Shown: positions 19,619 through 29,273, counted from the stretch's first letter. The stretch: 64,000 nucleotides of DNA from Candidatus Daviesbacteria bacterium (GCA_016176335.1 JACOXI010000003.1:194477-258476), one strand, 5' to 3'. The notes: a model not told the origin generated them from the sequence alone. Translations and numbers: made by a program.

Positions 19619-20794
19619 ATGGCACAAGCACGAACAGAATTTGCAGCAGCACTTAATCAAATAGCCTCTGAAAAAGGAGTAGATCCTTCCGTGGTTACAG
19701 AAGCAATTAAAGCCGCTGCTTTGGCTGCTTATAAAAAGGATTTAATGCTTAGAAATGAGCCTGTGCCTGAAGATTTTGAAGAATTTACCTCTGAAGTAGA
19801 TCCTGCAAGCGGGGAGATCAGGATTTTTGATAAAGATAAAAATGTCACCCCGCCTGGTTTTGCCAGAATTGCAGCCTCAATTGCCAAACAAGTTATCATG
19901 CAGCGTCTTAACGAGGCAGAAAGAGATGCCATCCTCTCCGAATATGAAAACAAAGTTGGGACAGTTATTTCCGGCAGTATACAAAGACAGGAAGGAAATA
20001 CCTGTTTTGTAGATTTGGGTAGGGCAGAAGGTGTACTTCCTCCTCAAGAACAAGTTCACACGGAAATATATAGCCAAAACCAAAGGTTTAAGTTTTTAGT
20101 TAAAGAAATAATAGAAGGCGGTAGAGGTTCGGAGGTGGTTGTTTCCAGATCAGATCCTGCTTTGGTTTCTGCCCTCTTTGCGCTTGAGGTGCCGGAAATT
20201 CAATCAGGTGGTGTTGAGGTAAAAGTGATTGCGCGGGAAGCCGGGTCAAGGACAAAAATTGCGGCCGTATCAACCCAAGAGGGTGTTGATCCTGTAGGCT
20301 CTTTGGTGGGACAAAAAGGTGTCAGGGTTCAGGCTGTAATGAGTGAGCTTGGGGAAGAAAAGATTGATATTATTTCATATTCGGATGATCCGGCAAGGTT
20401 TATAGCATCCGCCCTGTCTCCTGCCAAAGAAGTTCAGGTTAAATTAAATGAAGAAAATAAAGTCGCAACAGTGACTGTCCCTCAAACCCAACTGTCTTTG
20501 GCAATTGGAAAAGGTGGACAAAATGTCCGTCTGGCTGCAAAATTGACAGGTTGGAAAATAGATATTGTGGGAGCAGAAGAGCCCTCTTTCGCCAAGGCTT
20601 CGGAGGACAAGCCTAAAGAAGTGAAAGAGGGTTTACCCTCCGAAGTCTTGACTAAGGAGGGGACCGGGGAACAAAAAGAGCAACCCCAGGTTGGATCACA
20701 AGCCCCAGTAGATGATACGAAAGCTGCTCAAGATGTTAAAGCTGATGTGGAAAAAGCAGATAAAGAAGAATCAAGCAATAAGAATAAAGAATAA
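19619..20794 (+). CDS. nusA: Transcription factor NusA
   Basis: FARIAA..AKQVIMQRL, EVPEI, AREAGSRTKIA, SLAIGKGGQNVRLAAKLTGWKIDI. Confidence 0.98.
   Translation: MAQARTEFAAALNQIASEKGVDPSVVTEAIKAAALAAYKKDLMLRNEPVPEDFEEFTSEVDPASGEIRIFDKDKNVTPPGFARIAASIAKQVIMQRLNEAERDAILSEYENKVGTVISGSIQRQEGNTCFVDLGRAEGVLPPQEQVHTEIYSQNQRFKFLVKEIIEGGRGSEVVVSRSDPALVSALFALEVPEIQSGGVEVKVIAREAGSRTKIAAVSTQEGVDPVGSLVGQKGVRVQAVMSELGEEKIDIISYSDDPARFIASALSPAKEVQVKLNEENKVATVTVPQTQLSLAIGKGGQNVRLAAKLTGWKIDIVGAEEPSFAKASEDKPKEVKEGLPSEVLTKEGTGEQKEQPQVGSQAPVDDTKAAQDVKADVEKADKEESSNKNKE
20582..20661. repeat. Inverted doublet of family B hairpins, in frame in the nusA tail
   Basis: ccctctttcgccaaggcttcggagg (PSFAKASE) ... ccctccgaagtcttgactaaggaggg (PSEVLTKEG). 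Confidence 0.85.
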
Positions 20795-20838
20795 AGCTTA
20801 TGAACATAGACTGTAAAATCCTTTATTCATAATTCTTA
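20778..20838. repeat. Inverted 7-mer arrays across the nusA stop
   Basis: ataagaa taaagaa taaagct tatgaa ... tccttta ttcataa ttctta. Confidence 0.6.
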
Positions 20839-20853
20839 CTGCGGAGTAAACAA

Positions 20854-22365
20854 ATGACAGAAGTAACACGTCCACCTATCGTGACAATTTTAGGCCATGT
20901 TGATCATGGTAAGACTACACTTTTGGATTTTATCCGCAAAACTAATGTAGCTTCTCGTGAACATGGTGGAATAACTCAACATATTGGAGCATATCAAATT
21001 AGTGCACAGGGTACAGGTGACAGTGGACAGAAAGACAAAAATTCACTGAAACCTGCAACCTCTAACCTAATAACCTTTATAGATACTCCAGGCCATGCGG
21101 CTTTTGAAAAAATGCGATCCAGAGGTGCCAAAGTTGCGGACATAGCAGTATTAGTTGTGGCGGCAGATGACGGGATAATGCCGCAAACAGATGAGGCTAT
21201 AAAACATATACAGGAGGCCAAAGTACCGATGATTGTGGCAGTAAACAAAATAGATATGAGTGGAATTGATGTTAAAGTTCAATTGGAAAAGATTAAAAAA
21301 CAATTATCCGACAGGAAAATTCTGGTTGAAGAATATGGTGGAGATACGCCGGTTGTGCCAATATCGGCAAAATCAGGTGAGGGTATTCCGAAGCTTTTGG
21401 AGATGATAACGCTGGTGTCAGAGCTAAACGACATAAAAGGTGATCCGCAAGAGGTTGCTTCCGGTGTTGTGATCGAGTCCAGTTTGGATAAGTTTAAAGG
21501 TCCGATTGCCACAATTTTGGTAAGAGATGGGACCTTGAGAAAAGGAGATCAAATCATGGTAGGGGGCAGTAAAGGTAAGGTAAGGGGAATGTTTGATTTT
21601 AACGGTAAGAGTTTGGAGGCTGCTGGTCCTTCAACTCCTGTTGAGGTTTTAGGTTTGGAGGGTGTGCCTGCTGTGGGGGGACTTTTAGGCAAAGAGTCAC
21701 CCTCCAAAGCTTTAGCGGAGGCGGACAAAGAGGTGAAGTCTTTGGTGGATAAATTAAGGCAGGGTGCCCCTAAAACATTAAAACTTGTTATCAAAGCAGA
21801 TAAACAAGGATCTTTGGAGGCAATTCAATCCTCTTTGGAAAAGTTTAATGAGGAAGGGGAAGTGGTGAATTTTATATTTTCCGGCACAGGCGATATTGGG
21901 GAGGAGAATATTAAGTTGGCAGCAGCTGTAGGAGCAATAGTTTTAGGGTTTAATGTAAAAATTGCCCCAAATGCGCAGAAATTAGCAGAGGCGGAGAAGG
22001 TTTTGATAAGAACCTACAATATTATCTATGAATTGATTGAGGAAATGGAAGAGGTGGTGGAAGCTCTCCTGAAGGTTGGTCAGGTGGAGGAAGTTTTTGG
22101 CAGGGCAAACATTATTGCGGAATTCCCCTTTGGCAAAGGGGAAAGAATTGCAGGATGCAGAATAATAGAGGGGGAGATAGCAAAAGGGCGTAAAATTAGG
22201 ATTGTCAGAGAAAGTGCAGTGATTGGTGAGACTAAACTGAAGTCTTTAAGAAAAGTTAAAGAAGAAGTGCAAAAGGCGGAAAAAGGAAATGATTGCGGCA
22301 TGCTGTTTGATCCGCCTGTTAATTTTCAAGTGAGTGATGTTGTGGAATCATTCAGAGTGATATAG
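20854..22365 (+). CDS. infB: Translation initiation factor IF-2 (no N-terminal domain)
   Basis: [42 protein letters not shown]. Confidence 0.97.
   Translation: MTEVTRPPIVTILGHVDHGKTTLLDFIRKTNVASREHGGITQHIGAYQISAQGTGDSGQKDKNSLKPATSNLITFIDTPGHAAFEKMRSRGAKVADIAVLVVAADDGIMPQTDEAIKHIQEAKVPMIVAVNKIDMSGIDVKVQLEKIKKQLSDRKILVEEYGGDTPVVPISAKSGEGIPKLLEMITLVSELNDIKGDPQEVASGVVIESSLDKFKGPIATILVRDGTLRKGDQIMVGGSKGKVRGMFDFNGKSLEAAGPSTPVEVLGLEGVPAVGGLLGKESPSKALAEADKEVKSLVDKLRQGAPKTLKLVIKADKQGSLEAIQSSLEKFNEEGEVVNFIFSGTGDIGEENIKLAAAVGAIVLGFNVKIAPNAQKLAEAEKVLIRTYNIIYELIEEMEEVVEALLKVGQVEEVFGRANIIAEFPFGKGERIAGCRIIEGEIAKGRKIRIVRESAVIGETKLKSLRKVKEEVQKAEKGNDCGMLFDPPVNFQVSDVVESFRVI
21000..21069. repeat. In-frame inverted 7-mer arrays in the infB G domain
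   Basis: tagtgca cagggta caggtga cagtgga cag ... cactgaa acctgca acctcta accta ([23 protein letters not shown]). Confidence 0.85.
21700..21724 (+). repeat. In-frame family B hairpin in infB
   Basis: ccctccaaagctttagcggaggcgg (PSKALAEA). Confidence 0.75.
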
Positions 22366-22419
22366 CTTGCAATTATGGGATAATCATGGTAGAATCCCAA
22401 CCATACTGCCTCAATATAA

Positions 22420-23463
22420 ATGAAATACGATTCACAAATTGTTGAACTGAAAAATTTGCTCCCAACTGCCAAAAATATTTTGATTGCTCTCCCGGCGGAT
22501 GCTGATATGGACAGATTAGCTGCGGGATTGGCATTATTCTTAACTTTGGAAGCAGCAGGAAAGGAAGTTGCCATTGTCAGTGAGACAGCTGTAAAAGTTT
22601 CCCAGTCCCACCTTTTTGGGGTTGATCACATTCAGAATAACTTACCGCAAACAGAAGGTGGAAATCTGACTGTTACTTTGGAAGGCGTTGCCGCATCTGA
22701 TGGTACGGTTCCGGCTTTAGAAAAATTGGACTGGTATGCAGAAGGTAGTAATTTAAATTTGGTTTTCCATGTTCTTTCCGGCCAGACTTTCCAACCGGCC
22801 AGAATTGTCCCTCGTTACCAAGGGAGCGGTTTTGGCCTTATATTCGTTATCGGAGCAGTAAATTTGAATGTTTTAGGCAATATTTATCAGGCCAACAACC
22901 AGGTTTTTTCCGGAGTTCACACAGTAAACATTGATACACAAAGTGCCAATACCAGTTTTGGGCAAACAAATATAGTAGATACAAATGCTTCATCTGTTTC
23001 AGAGGTGATGACTAATCTGGTGGCTGATTTAGGATATAGCTTGGATGCAGATTCAGCCAGCAATTTATTGGTGGGAATTTTTGATATTACAAATAATTTA
23101 TCTAATGCAAAAGCATCTGCCGAAACATATATGGCTGTTGCACAATGTCTGCGTGTGGGGGGAAGAAAACCTGGTTTGCAAGCCTCCCAGCCCCAAGTTG
23201 CTCAACCACAAACAATTTCTCAACAACCTGCCTATGATTGGTCTGCGCTTCTTCCGAAGGAAGCGATGACTATGCCGAAAAACGAGCCTCAAGAATATAC
23301 CACTCCACCGGTTGTCTCCCCGATTGATGCAGGGGATCATGCGCCACAAGCTGCTGTACAGCCTTCACCGGAGGAGCGACCTGCAGGAGAAAGAGTAATC
23401 TCTGAAACCCCTGAACCAGATTGGCTGACCCCCAAAATCTTCAAAGGTTCATCTTTGGGGTAA
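22420..23463 (+). CDS. DHH (NrnA-like) phosphoesterase homolog with degenerate catalytic motifs
   Basis: ILIALPADADMDRLAAGLAL, VNIDTQ (in place of IDHH), ASSVSE, LLVGIFDIT; occupies the usual infB..rpsO slot. Confidence 0.7.
   Translation: MKYDSQIVELKNLLPTAKNILIALPADADMDRLAAGLALFLTLEAAGKEVAIVSETAVKVSQSHLFGVDHIQNNLPQTEGGNLTVTLEGVAASDGTVPALEKLDWYAEGSNLNLVFHVLSGQTFQPARIVPRYQGSGFGLIFVIGAVNLNVLGNIYQANNQVFSGVHTVNIDTQSANTSFGQTNIVDTNASSVSEVMTNLVADLGYSLDADSASNLLVGIFDITNNLSNAKASAETYMAVAQCLRVGGRKPGLQASQPQVAQPQTISQQPAYDWSALLPKEAMTMPKNEPQEYTTPPVVSPIDAGDHAPQAAVQPSPEERPAGERVISETPEPDWLTPKIFKGSSLG
23237..23270 (-). repeat. In-frame family A-like hairpin
   Basis: attggtctgcgcttcttccgaaggaagcgatgac; ends in ATGAC (reverse complement of the GTCAT tag); encodes WSALLPKEAMT. 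Confidence 0.55.
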
Positions 23464-23556
23464 CCATTTGCATAATCATAAGATTTCTGTTAGAATACCC
23501 GCAAACTAATTTAGAGCAACGTCTTGGCACCGAGGTTGTCTCAAGAAAGGATTAAG

Positions 23557-23826
23557 ATGCCACTTGACCCAAAAGTTAAGCAGAAAATAATTAAAGAGTT
23601 TGCCACCAAGAGTGGCGATACAGGTTCTCCGGAAGTTCAAGCAGCGCTTTTAACAGAGCAGATTAAACACTTAACCTCTCATTTAAAAGAACACACACAC
23701 GACATACATTCTCGGCGTGGCCTTTTATCTATGGTTAACAAAAGAAGAAGACTGCTGCAGTACTTGTTTAAAAAGGATGCGCAAAGGTATACAATAGTTA
23801 TTGAAAAGTTAGGATTAACAAAGTAA
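23557..23826 (+). CDS. rpsO: 30S ribosomal protein S15
   Basis: [26 protein letters not shown]; start moved to ATG 23557; TTGCAT/TAGAAT promoter upstream. Confidence 0.98.
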   Translation: MPLDPKVKQKIIKEFATKSGDTGSPEVQAALLTEQIKHLTSHLKEHTHDIHSRRGLLSMVNKRRRLLQYLFKKDAQRYTIVIEKLGLTK

Positions 23827-23857
23827 GAACCGTTTATGTTATAATGGTTGTGTAAGA

Positions 23858-24000
23858 GAGATTTGGGGATTGCAAAGAGAGAATTAGTTTATCGTTAATT
23901 GTATATCGTTTATCGTCATTCAAAACGATACACGATAGACCAAGAGCCGTAAGGCGTTACGATATACGCTAGTTACCTCTTCCACAGTTTCCAAATCCTC
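23858..24000 (+). promoter_or_regulatory. Long stem-loop pnp leader containing 7-mer arms
   Basis: gagatttggggattg pairs with cagtttccaaatcctc; aagagagaattag with ctagttacctctt; inner TATCGT / ACGATA arrays; TGnTATAAT at 23837-23845. Confidence 0.7.
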
Positions 24001-24008
24001 AAAAATTA

Positions 24009-26375
24009 ATGTCAAAAATTATTGTCAAAGAAATCGATCTTAATGGTCGTAAATTACGTTTAGAAACAGGCAAGCTGGCAATGCAGGCAGATGCTGCTGT
24101 TTTGGTGTCTTGGGGTGAGACTGTAATTTTGGCAACGGTTGCCACCCAGCCTTTGGCGGAAGATTTGGGTTATTTCCCCCTGTCTGTTGAGTATGTTGAA
24201 AAACACTATGCCGGTGGAAAAATTTCTTCCTCCAGGTTTGTCAAAAGAGAAACTAAACCTACAGATGAGGCTGTTTTAACAGGTAGACTGATTGATCGCT
24301 CCATCCGCCCGCTTTTTCCCAAAGATTTCAAAAACGAGGTACAAGTAATTTTAACTGTTTTATCAATTGATCAGCTTAATGACCCTGATGTTTTAGGTTT
24401 AATTGGTGCTTCAGCTGCTTTATCTGTCTCATCTGTGCCTTGGAATGGACCACTTGCCGGTGTGCGAGTAGGCGCGCGCGAAGGATCATTGGTGGTTAAT
24501 CCCACCATGGATCAGATAGAACATCTGGAAATGGATTTAATGGTTGCTGCCGGTAAAGAAAAAATTGTCATGATAGAGACAGGAGCTAAACAAGTTGACG
24601 AACAAGTTATTTTAGCAGGAATTAAAGAAGCCCACAAACAGGCTCAGGAAATCATTGCTTTAATAGAGATATTTACCAAAGAGGCAGGTAAAACTAAACA
24701 GGAAGTGTCACATCTCGAGGAAGCTTTGGAAGAGGCTTTGCTGGTTGAGGTAACTAGCTTGACCCGCGAACGAATTGAAAAAGCCCTATTTGATAATGAA
24801 CATCCTTGGCATGAGGCAACAGGGGATGTAATTAAAAAAGAGCTAATAATTCAATATACTGAAAAATTAACTCCACAAATTATCTCCGGGATTTTTGACA
24901 AGGTGGCCAAAGAAATTTTGCATGAGACAGTACTTCAAAAAGGTCAAAGAGTGGATGGCAGGGCCATGGATGAAATCAGACCACTTAATATGGAAGTAGG
25001 ACTCTTACCCAGAACGCACGGCAGTGCCTTATTCCAAAGAGGAGATACGCAGGTTTTATCTATTGCCACATTAGGTGCCCCTTCCCTGCAGCAAACTTTG
25101 GACGGTATGGAAGGAGAAAGGCAAAAAAGATTTATGCACTATTACAATATGAGCATTAATCCGTTTTCCGTGGGAGAAGTTAAAAGATTGGGCGCTCCAA
25201 ACAGGCGCGATGTCGGGCATGGGTCCTTGGTTGAAAAAGCACTACAGCCGGTTGTTCCTTCGGAAGATAAATTCCCTTATGCCATAAGGGTAGTGTCGGA
25301 AGTTCTGGCTGCCAATGCTTCCACATCTCAAGCATCGGTTTGCAGCGCAACACTCTCACTTTTAAATGCGGGAGTACCTTTGGAAGAACCTGTAGCAGGA
25401 ATTGCCATGGGACTTTTCTCAAATGAAAAAAAAGTACAGGTGGTAACGGATATGAGGGCTGTTGAGGATTTTTACGGAGAGATGGATTTTAAGATCTCCG
25501 GGACTAAAAACGGCATTACCGCAATTCAGATGGATACAAAATTGGCAGGCTTAACCTTTGAAATCATTGACACTGCTCTGCAAATGGGTAAAAAAGCCAG
25601 ACTGGAGATTTTGGAGGCTATGCAACAAGTCATCCCTGCTGCAGGACCTTTGTCTGTTCATGCCCCGAGGGTGGAGATTTTGCATATAAAACCCGAGGAA
25701 ATTGGATTATTAATTGGAACAGGCGGAAAAACTATTAATTCGATAATTAATAAAACAGGCGCACAAATTGATATTGAAGATGATGGGACGGTAATGGTTT
25801 CTGCAGTCAAGAGTGAGGGTGTGGACCTCGCAATTGAAGCAATAAACGGAATGTTTAAAGAGATCAATGTTGGAGATGAGTTTGTCGGTAAAGTTGTCAG
25901 GTTGGCGGCGTTCGGCGCATTTGTGGAAATTGCTCCTGGAAAAGACGGATTAGTGCACATCTCCCAGATGGCTCCAGGTCATGTGGAAAGAGTGGAAGAT
26001 GTTGTATCCGAAGGTCAGGAAGTGAAAGTGAGGGTCACAGATGTGTCGCCGGAAGGAAAGATTGGTTTATCTATGCTTTTTGGAGCGGATATGAAGCCTG
26101 AATCTGAAAATCGGCCAAGATCAGGAGGCGGGTTTAGATCAGATGAGCGAAGATCGTTTAGTGACAGACCCAGATTTGGTGGGGGCGATAGACCAAGATC
26201 AGCTGGCGGAAGTTACAGATCAGGAGGATTTGGTGGAGGCGGGAGATCTTCAGGAGGGTATGGTGGAGAAAGACGAGGGGGTTTTGGTAGATCTTCAAGC
26301 GGAAGGCCAGGCGGTTTTGATAGAGGTGGAAGAGGTGGCCGCAGTGGCTCGGGCAGAGGCGGATTTGGAAGATAG
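24009..26375 (+). CDS. pnp: Polyribonucleotide nucleotidyltransferase with an RGG-rich tail
   Basis: RLIDRSIRPLFP, RVDGR, LPRTHGSALFQRG, MDFK, KH and S1 domains. Confidence 0.98.
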   Translation: MSKIIVKEIDLNGRKLRLETGKLAMQADAAVLVSWGETVILATVATQPLAEDLGYFPLSVEYVEKHYAGGKISSSRFVKRETKPTDEAVLTGRLIDRSIRPLFPKDFKNEVQVILTVLSIDQLNDPDVLGLIGASAALSVSSVPWNGPLAGVRVGAREGSLVVNPTMDQIEHLEMDLMVAAGKEKIVMIETGAKQVDEQVILAGIKEAHKQAQEIIALIEIFTKEAGKTKQEVSHLEEALEEALLVEVTSLTRERIEKALFDNEHPWHEATGDVIKKELIIQYTEKLTPQIISGIFDKVAKEILHETVLQKGQRVDGRAMDEIRPLNMEVGLLPRTHGSALFQRGDTQVLSIATLGAPSLQQTLDGMEGERQKRFMHYYNMSINPFSVGEVKRLGAPNRRDVGHGSLVEKALQPVVPSEDKFPYAIRVVSEVLAANASTSQASVCSATLSLLNAGVPLEEPVAGIAMGLFSNEKKVQVVTDMRAVEDFYGEMDFKISGTKNGITAIQMDTKLAGLTFEIIDTALQMGKKARLEILEAMQQVIPAAGPLSVHAPRVEILHIKPEEIGLLIGTGGKTINSIINKTGAQIDIEDDGTVMVSAVKSEGVDLAIEAINGMFKEINVGDEFVGKVVRLAAFGAFVEIAPGKDGLVHISQMAPGHVERVEDVVSEGQEVKVRVTDVSPEGKIGLSMLFGADMKPESENRPRSGGGFRSDERRSFSDRPRFGGGDRPRSAGGSYRSGGFGGGGRSSGGYGGERRGGFGRSSSGRPGGFDRGGRGGRSGSGRGGFGR

Positions 26376-26426
26376 TTTTAACCTTTATGCTGTAGTACAA
26401 TTACTTTGGCCTAGTGGCTAGGACTT

Positions 26427-27449
26427 ATGGATTCTGCCCATTCAACTATTGAAGAGTTAAAAATTAAAATCTCACAAGCGAGTTTGCCAAAAGATGTTGA
26501 AGAAAAACTTTTAAATCTTTTGTACTTTCCGGGTACAGGTACGGAACTTGAAAAACTGGTTGCTTATATTAATTTTGTTATTGGGTTGCCTTTTGGAAAA
26601 TACAGTGAGGATATTTTGGATCTTAATAGGGCAAAGCAGATTCTGGACAGTCATCATTACGGTTTACAATCAGTTAAAGATAGAATTTTAGAGTATCTTT
26701 CTGTTTTAATTTTACACAAACAAAAAGGGAATTTGAGTTCTTTTCATGCACCGATCCTGGCGTTTATAGGTTTAGTTGGAACCGGAAAAACATCAATTTC
26801 CTACTCCATTGCCGAAAGCTTGGGTAGACCAATTATGAGGATTCCTTTTGGAGGATTAGGAGATCCTGCCAGTCTGCGGGGTCAATCCAGGGCCAGGGCA
26901 GATGCGGAGCCCAGTCAGATCATCAAAGCGATCAGGCAATCAAAGGTAGGCAATCCGGTTATTCTTTTGGATGAGATTGACAGAGTTGCAGAGGAACATA
27001 GAACTGATTTAATGGGTGTTTTGGTTGAACTGTTGGATCCTGCTCAAAATCAAGCGTTTGCGGATCATTATTTGGATTTTCCATATGATTTATCCCAAGT
27101 TTTATTTATTACAACTGCCAACAATACCACAAATATTGCCACAGCGGTTTTGGATCGGTTGGAACCGATTCAAATGCCTATCTTTTCGGACGAGGAAAAA
27201 GCCACCATCGGTCGCGATTATCTTCTACCAAAAGCAATGGAAGAAGCAGGTATAGAAAAGAGTATGTTATCCTTTGATCAAAGTATGTGGTCACAAATCA
27301 TCAGGCCTCTGGGGTATGATGGCGGGATTCGGTCTTTGGAGCGTTCTTTACAAGAAATTTGCCGCAAAGTGGCAAGGAAAATTGTGGAAGGAGAGATTGG
27401 TCCGTTTAAAATTTCTCAAGATAACCTTGGGGAATATTTGGGAGGGTAA
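26427..27449 (+). CDS. Lon-type AAA+ ATPase module lacking the N-domain and the protease domain
   Basis: AKQILDSHHYGL..VKDRILEYL, GLVGTGKTS, NPVILLDEID, LDPAQN..F.DHYL, DRLEPI; ends right after the lid helices. Confidence 0.85.
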   Translation: MDSAHSTIEELKIKISQASLPKDVEEKLLNLLYFPGTGTELEKLVAYINFVIGLPFGKYSEDILDLNRAKQILDSHHYGLQSVKDRILEYLSVLILHKQKGNLSSFHAPILAFIGLVGTGKTSISYSIAESLGRPIMRIPFGGLGDPASLRGQSRARADAEPSQIIKAIRQSKVGNPVILLDEIDRVAEEHRTDLMGVLVELLDPAQNQAFADHYLDFPYDLSQVLFITTANNTTNIATAVLDRLEPIQMPIFSDEEKATIGRDYLLPKAMEEAGIEKSMLSFDQSMWSQIIRPLGYDGGIRSLERSLQEICRKVARKIVEGEIGPFKISQDNLGEYLGG

Positions 27450-27575
27450 ATTAACCTAATTGACCTAATTTCTAATTGATCTAAATAATGATTAAATGTC
27501 TTAAGTACCAATTAGAACATTTTGTCATTAAGATTTGTTTAGAAATTAGAAATTAGAAATTAGAAATTAGAAATT
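27450..27575. repeat. Short degenerate tandem units plus five perfect TTAGAAA copies
   Basis: attaaccta attgaccta atttcta attgatcta ... (TTAGAAA)x5 at 27539-27573. Confidence 0.85.
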
Positions 27576-27581
27576 TTTAAT

Positions 27582-29273
27582 ATGAAGTCTTTTGCACCAA
27601 AACTTACATTAAACCAGAAAGGACAATCATTAAAAGTAATTCCCTTAGGTGGAGTTGGTGATGTGACCAAAAACATGTATGTATACGAATATGGGAATGA
27701 CATTATTATTGTGGATTGTGGGGTAGGATTTCCGGATGAAGGCATGCCGGGGGTTGATTTGGTTATTCCGGATATCTCATATTTGAGAGATAAAAAAGAC
27801 AAAATTAGGGGAATCCTTATCACTCACGGACACGAGGATCACATTGGGAGTCTTCCATATATTTGGCCCGCTTTACAGGCTCCAATTTATACTCAAAGAT
27901 TAACTGCGGGATTTATTAGGAGTAAATTTATAGAGCATGATTTACCGAGAAACAAGATTGTCGAGATGAAGATTGATCAAAAATTAGACCTTGGATCGTT
28001 TAAGATTTCTTTTTATCAGGTGTCACATTCAGTACCTGATTCTACCGGGATTGTCATAGAGACCCCGGTTGGCAGGATTATTCATCAGGCAGATTTTAAA
28101 ATTGATTGGACTCCTGTTTCAGGACAAGTGACAGATGTGGGAGAGGTGGCCAGATTGGGTAGCGCGGGGGTATTGTTTCTTTTGATTGATTGTTTAAGAG
28201 TAGATAAACCGGGTTTTAATAAATCGGAAAAATCAATAGAGGATACTTTCGAGAAAGCAGCAGTTGATACATCGGGCAAACTGCTTCTGACAATGACATC
28301 ATCAAATGTTTCCAGAATGCAGCAGGCGATTAATGTCGCTCAAAGAGTTGGCAGGAAGGTGGCTGTTTTGGGGCGCTCTTTTGAAAAGAATTTTCAGGTT
28401 GCCAGAGATTTGGGATATTTGCATGTTCCGCCGGGAATTATCATTGCGCCGGATGAAATAAATTCTTTCGCAGCAGGGAAAGTTTTGGTTTTAATTGCAG
28501 GATCTCAAGGTCAATCCGGCTCATCATTATCTCGTGCTGCCAATGAAGAACACAAGCAAATAAAACTTAAGGAAGGTGATAGCGTGGTGTTTTCTGCAGA
28601 CCCTATTCCTTCCACAGAATCTGCCCAAAATGCTTTAATAGATTCAATCGTGAGACTTGGGGTAACTGTCCATTACTCTGCTGTTCTCTCGGATTTACAT
28701 GTTTCAGGTCATGCTGCACTGGAGGAGTTAAGGTTAATGGTCAATCTTATCAAACCAAAGTTTATTTTGCCTATTGGCGGGACATTTAGGCATATGAGAA
28801 GTTTTTCTAAGATGGCACAAGAAATGGGTTATCAGAAAAATCAAATTATTGATGCAGAGGATGGGGACATATTGAATATATCAAGGGAGACCGTCAAGCT
28901 TGATGGCAGGGTTGATGTACAAAATGTTTATGTTGATGGGTTAGGGATTGGGGATATTGGACATATAGTTTTAAGAGACAGACAAAAAATGAGCGAGGAA
29001 GGGGTGGTTGTTGTTGTTGTATCTTTGGATAGACATACAGGTAAGCTTACTGGCGATCCTGACATAATTTCCCGGGGATTTGTGTTTGAGGAATTTGCAC
29101 AGGATCTTTTGGATGAGGCCAAAAGAGTGCTTTCGGATAATTTGGCACAACATATTCATAAAAATACAGACTGGCGTTTTGTCAGAAAATTGGTTGAAGA
29201 TAGTTTGGAAAAATTCTTCTATGATGCAACAGGAAGGAGACCGCTGGTTCTGCCCACAGTTGTAGAGATATGA
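27582..29273 (+). CDS. rnj: Ribonuclease J
   Basis: IPLGGVG..TKNM, THGHEDHIG, HSVPD, DFKID, HVSGH. Confidence 0.97.
   Translation: MKSFAPKLTLNQKGQSLKVIPLGGVGDVTKNMYVYEYGNDIIIVDCGVGFPDEGMPGVDLVIPDISYLRDKKDKIRGILITHGHEDHIGSLPYIWPALQAPIYTQRLTAGFIRSKFIEHDLPRNKIVEMKIDQKLDLGSFKISFYQVSHSVPDSTGIVIETPVGRIIHQADFKIDWTPVSGQVTDVGEVARLGSAGVLFLLIDCLRVDKPGFNKSEKSIEDTFEKAAVDTSGKLLLTMTSSNVSRMQQAINVAQRVGRKVAVLGRSFEKNFQVARDLGYLHVPPGIIIAPDEINSFAAGKVLVLIAGSQGQSGSSLSRAANEEHKQIKLKEGDSVVFSADPIPSTESAQNALIDSIVRLGVTVHYSAVLSDLHVSGHAALEELRLMVNLIKPKFILPIGGTFRHMRSFSKMAQEMGYQKNQIIDAEDGDILNISRETVKLDGRVDVQNVYVDGLGIGDIGHIVLRDRQKMSEEGVVVVVVSLDRHTGKLTGDPDIISRGFVFEEFAQDLLDEAKRVLSDNLAQHIHKNTDWRFVRKLVEDSLEKFFYDATGRRPLVLPTVVEI

Noticed and set aside
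27450-27575. CRISPR array
   Set aside because: Units are 7-9 nt tandem repeats without unique spacers, and no cas genes are present
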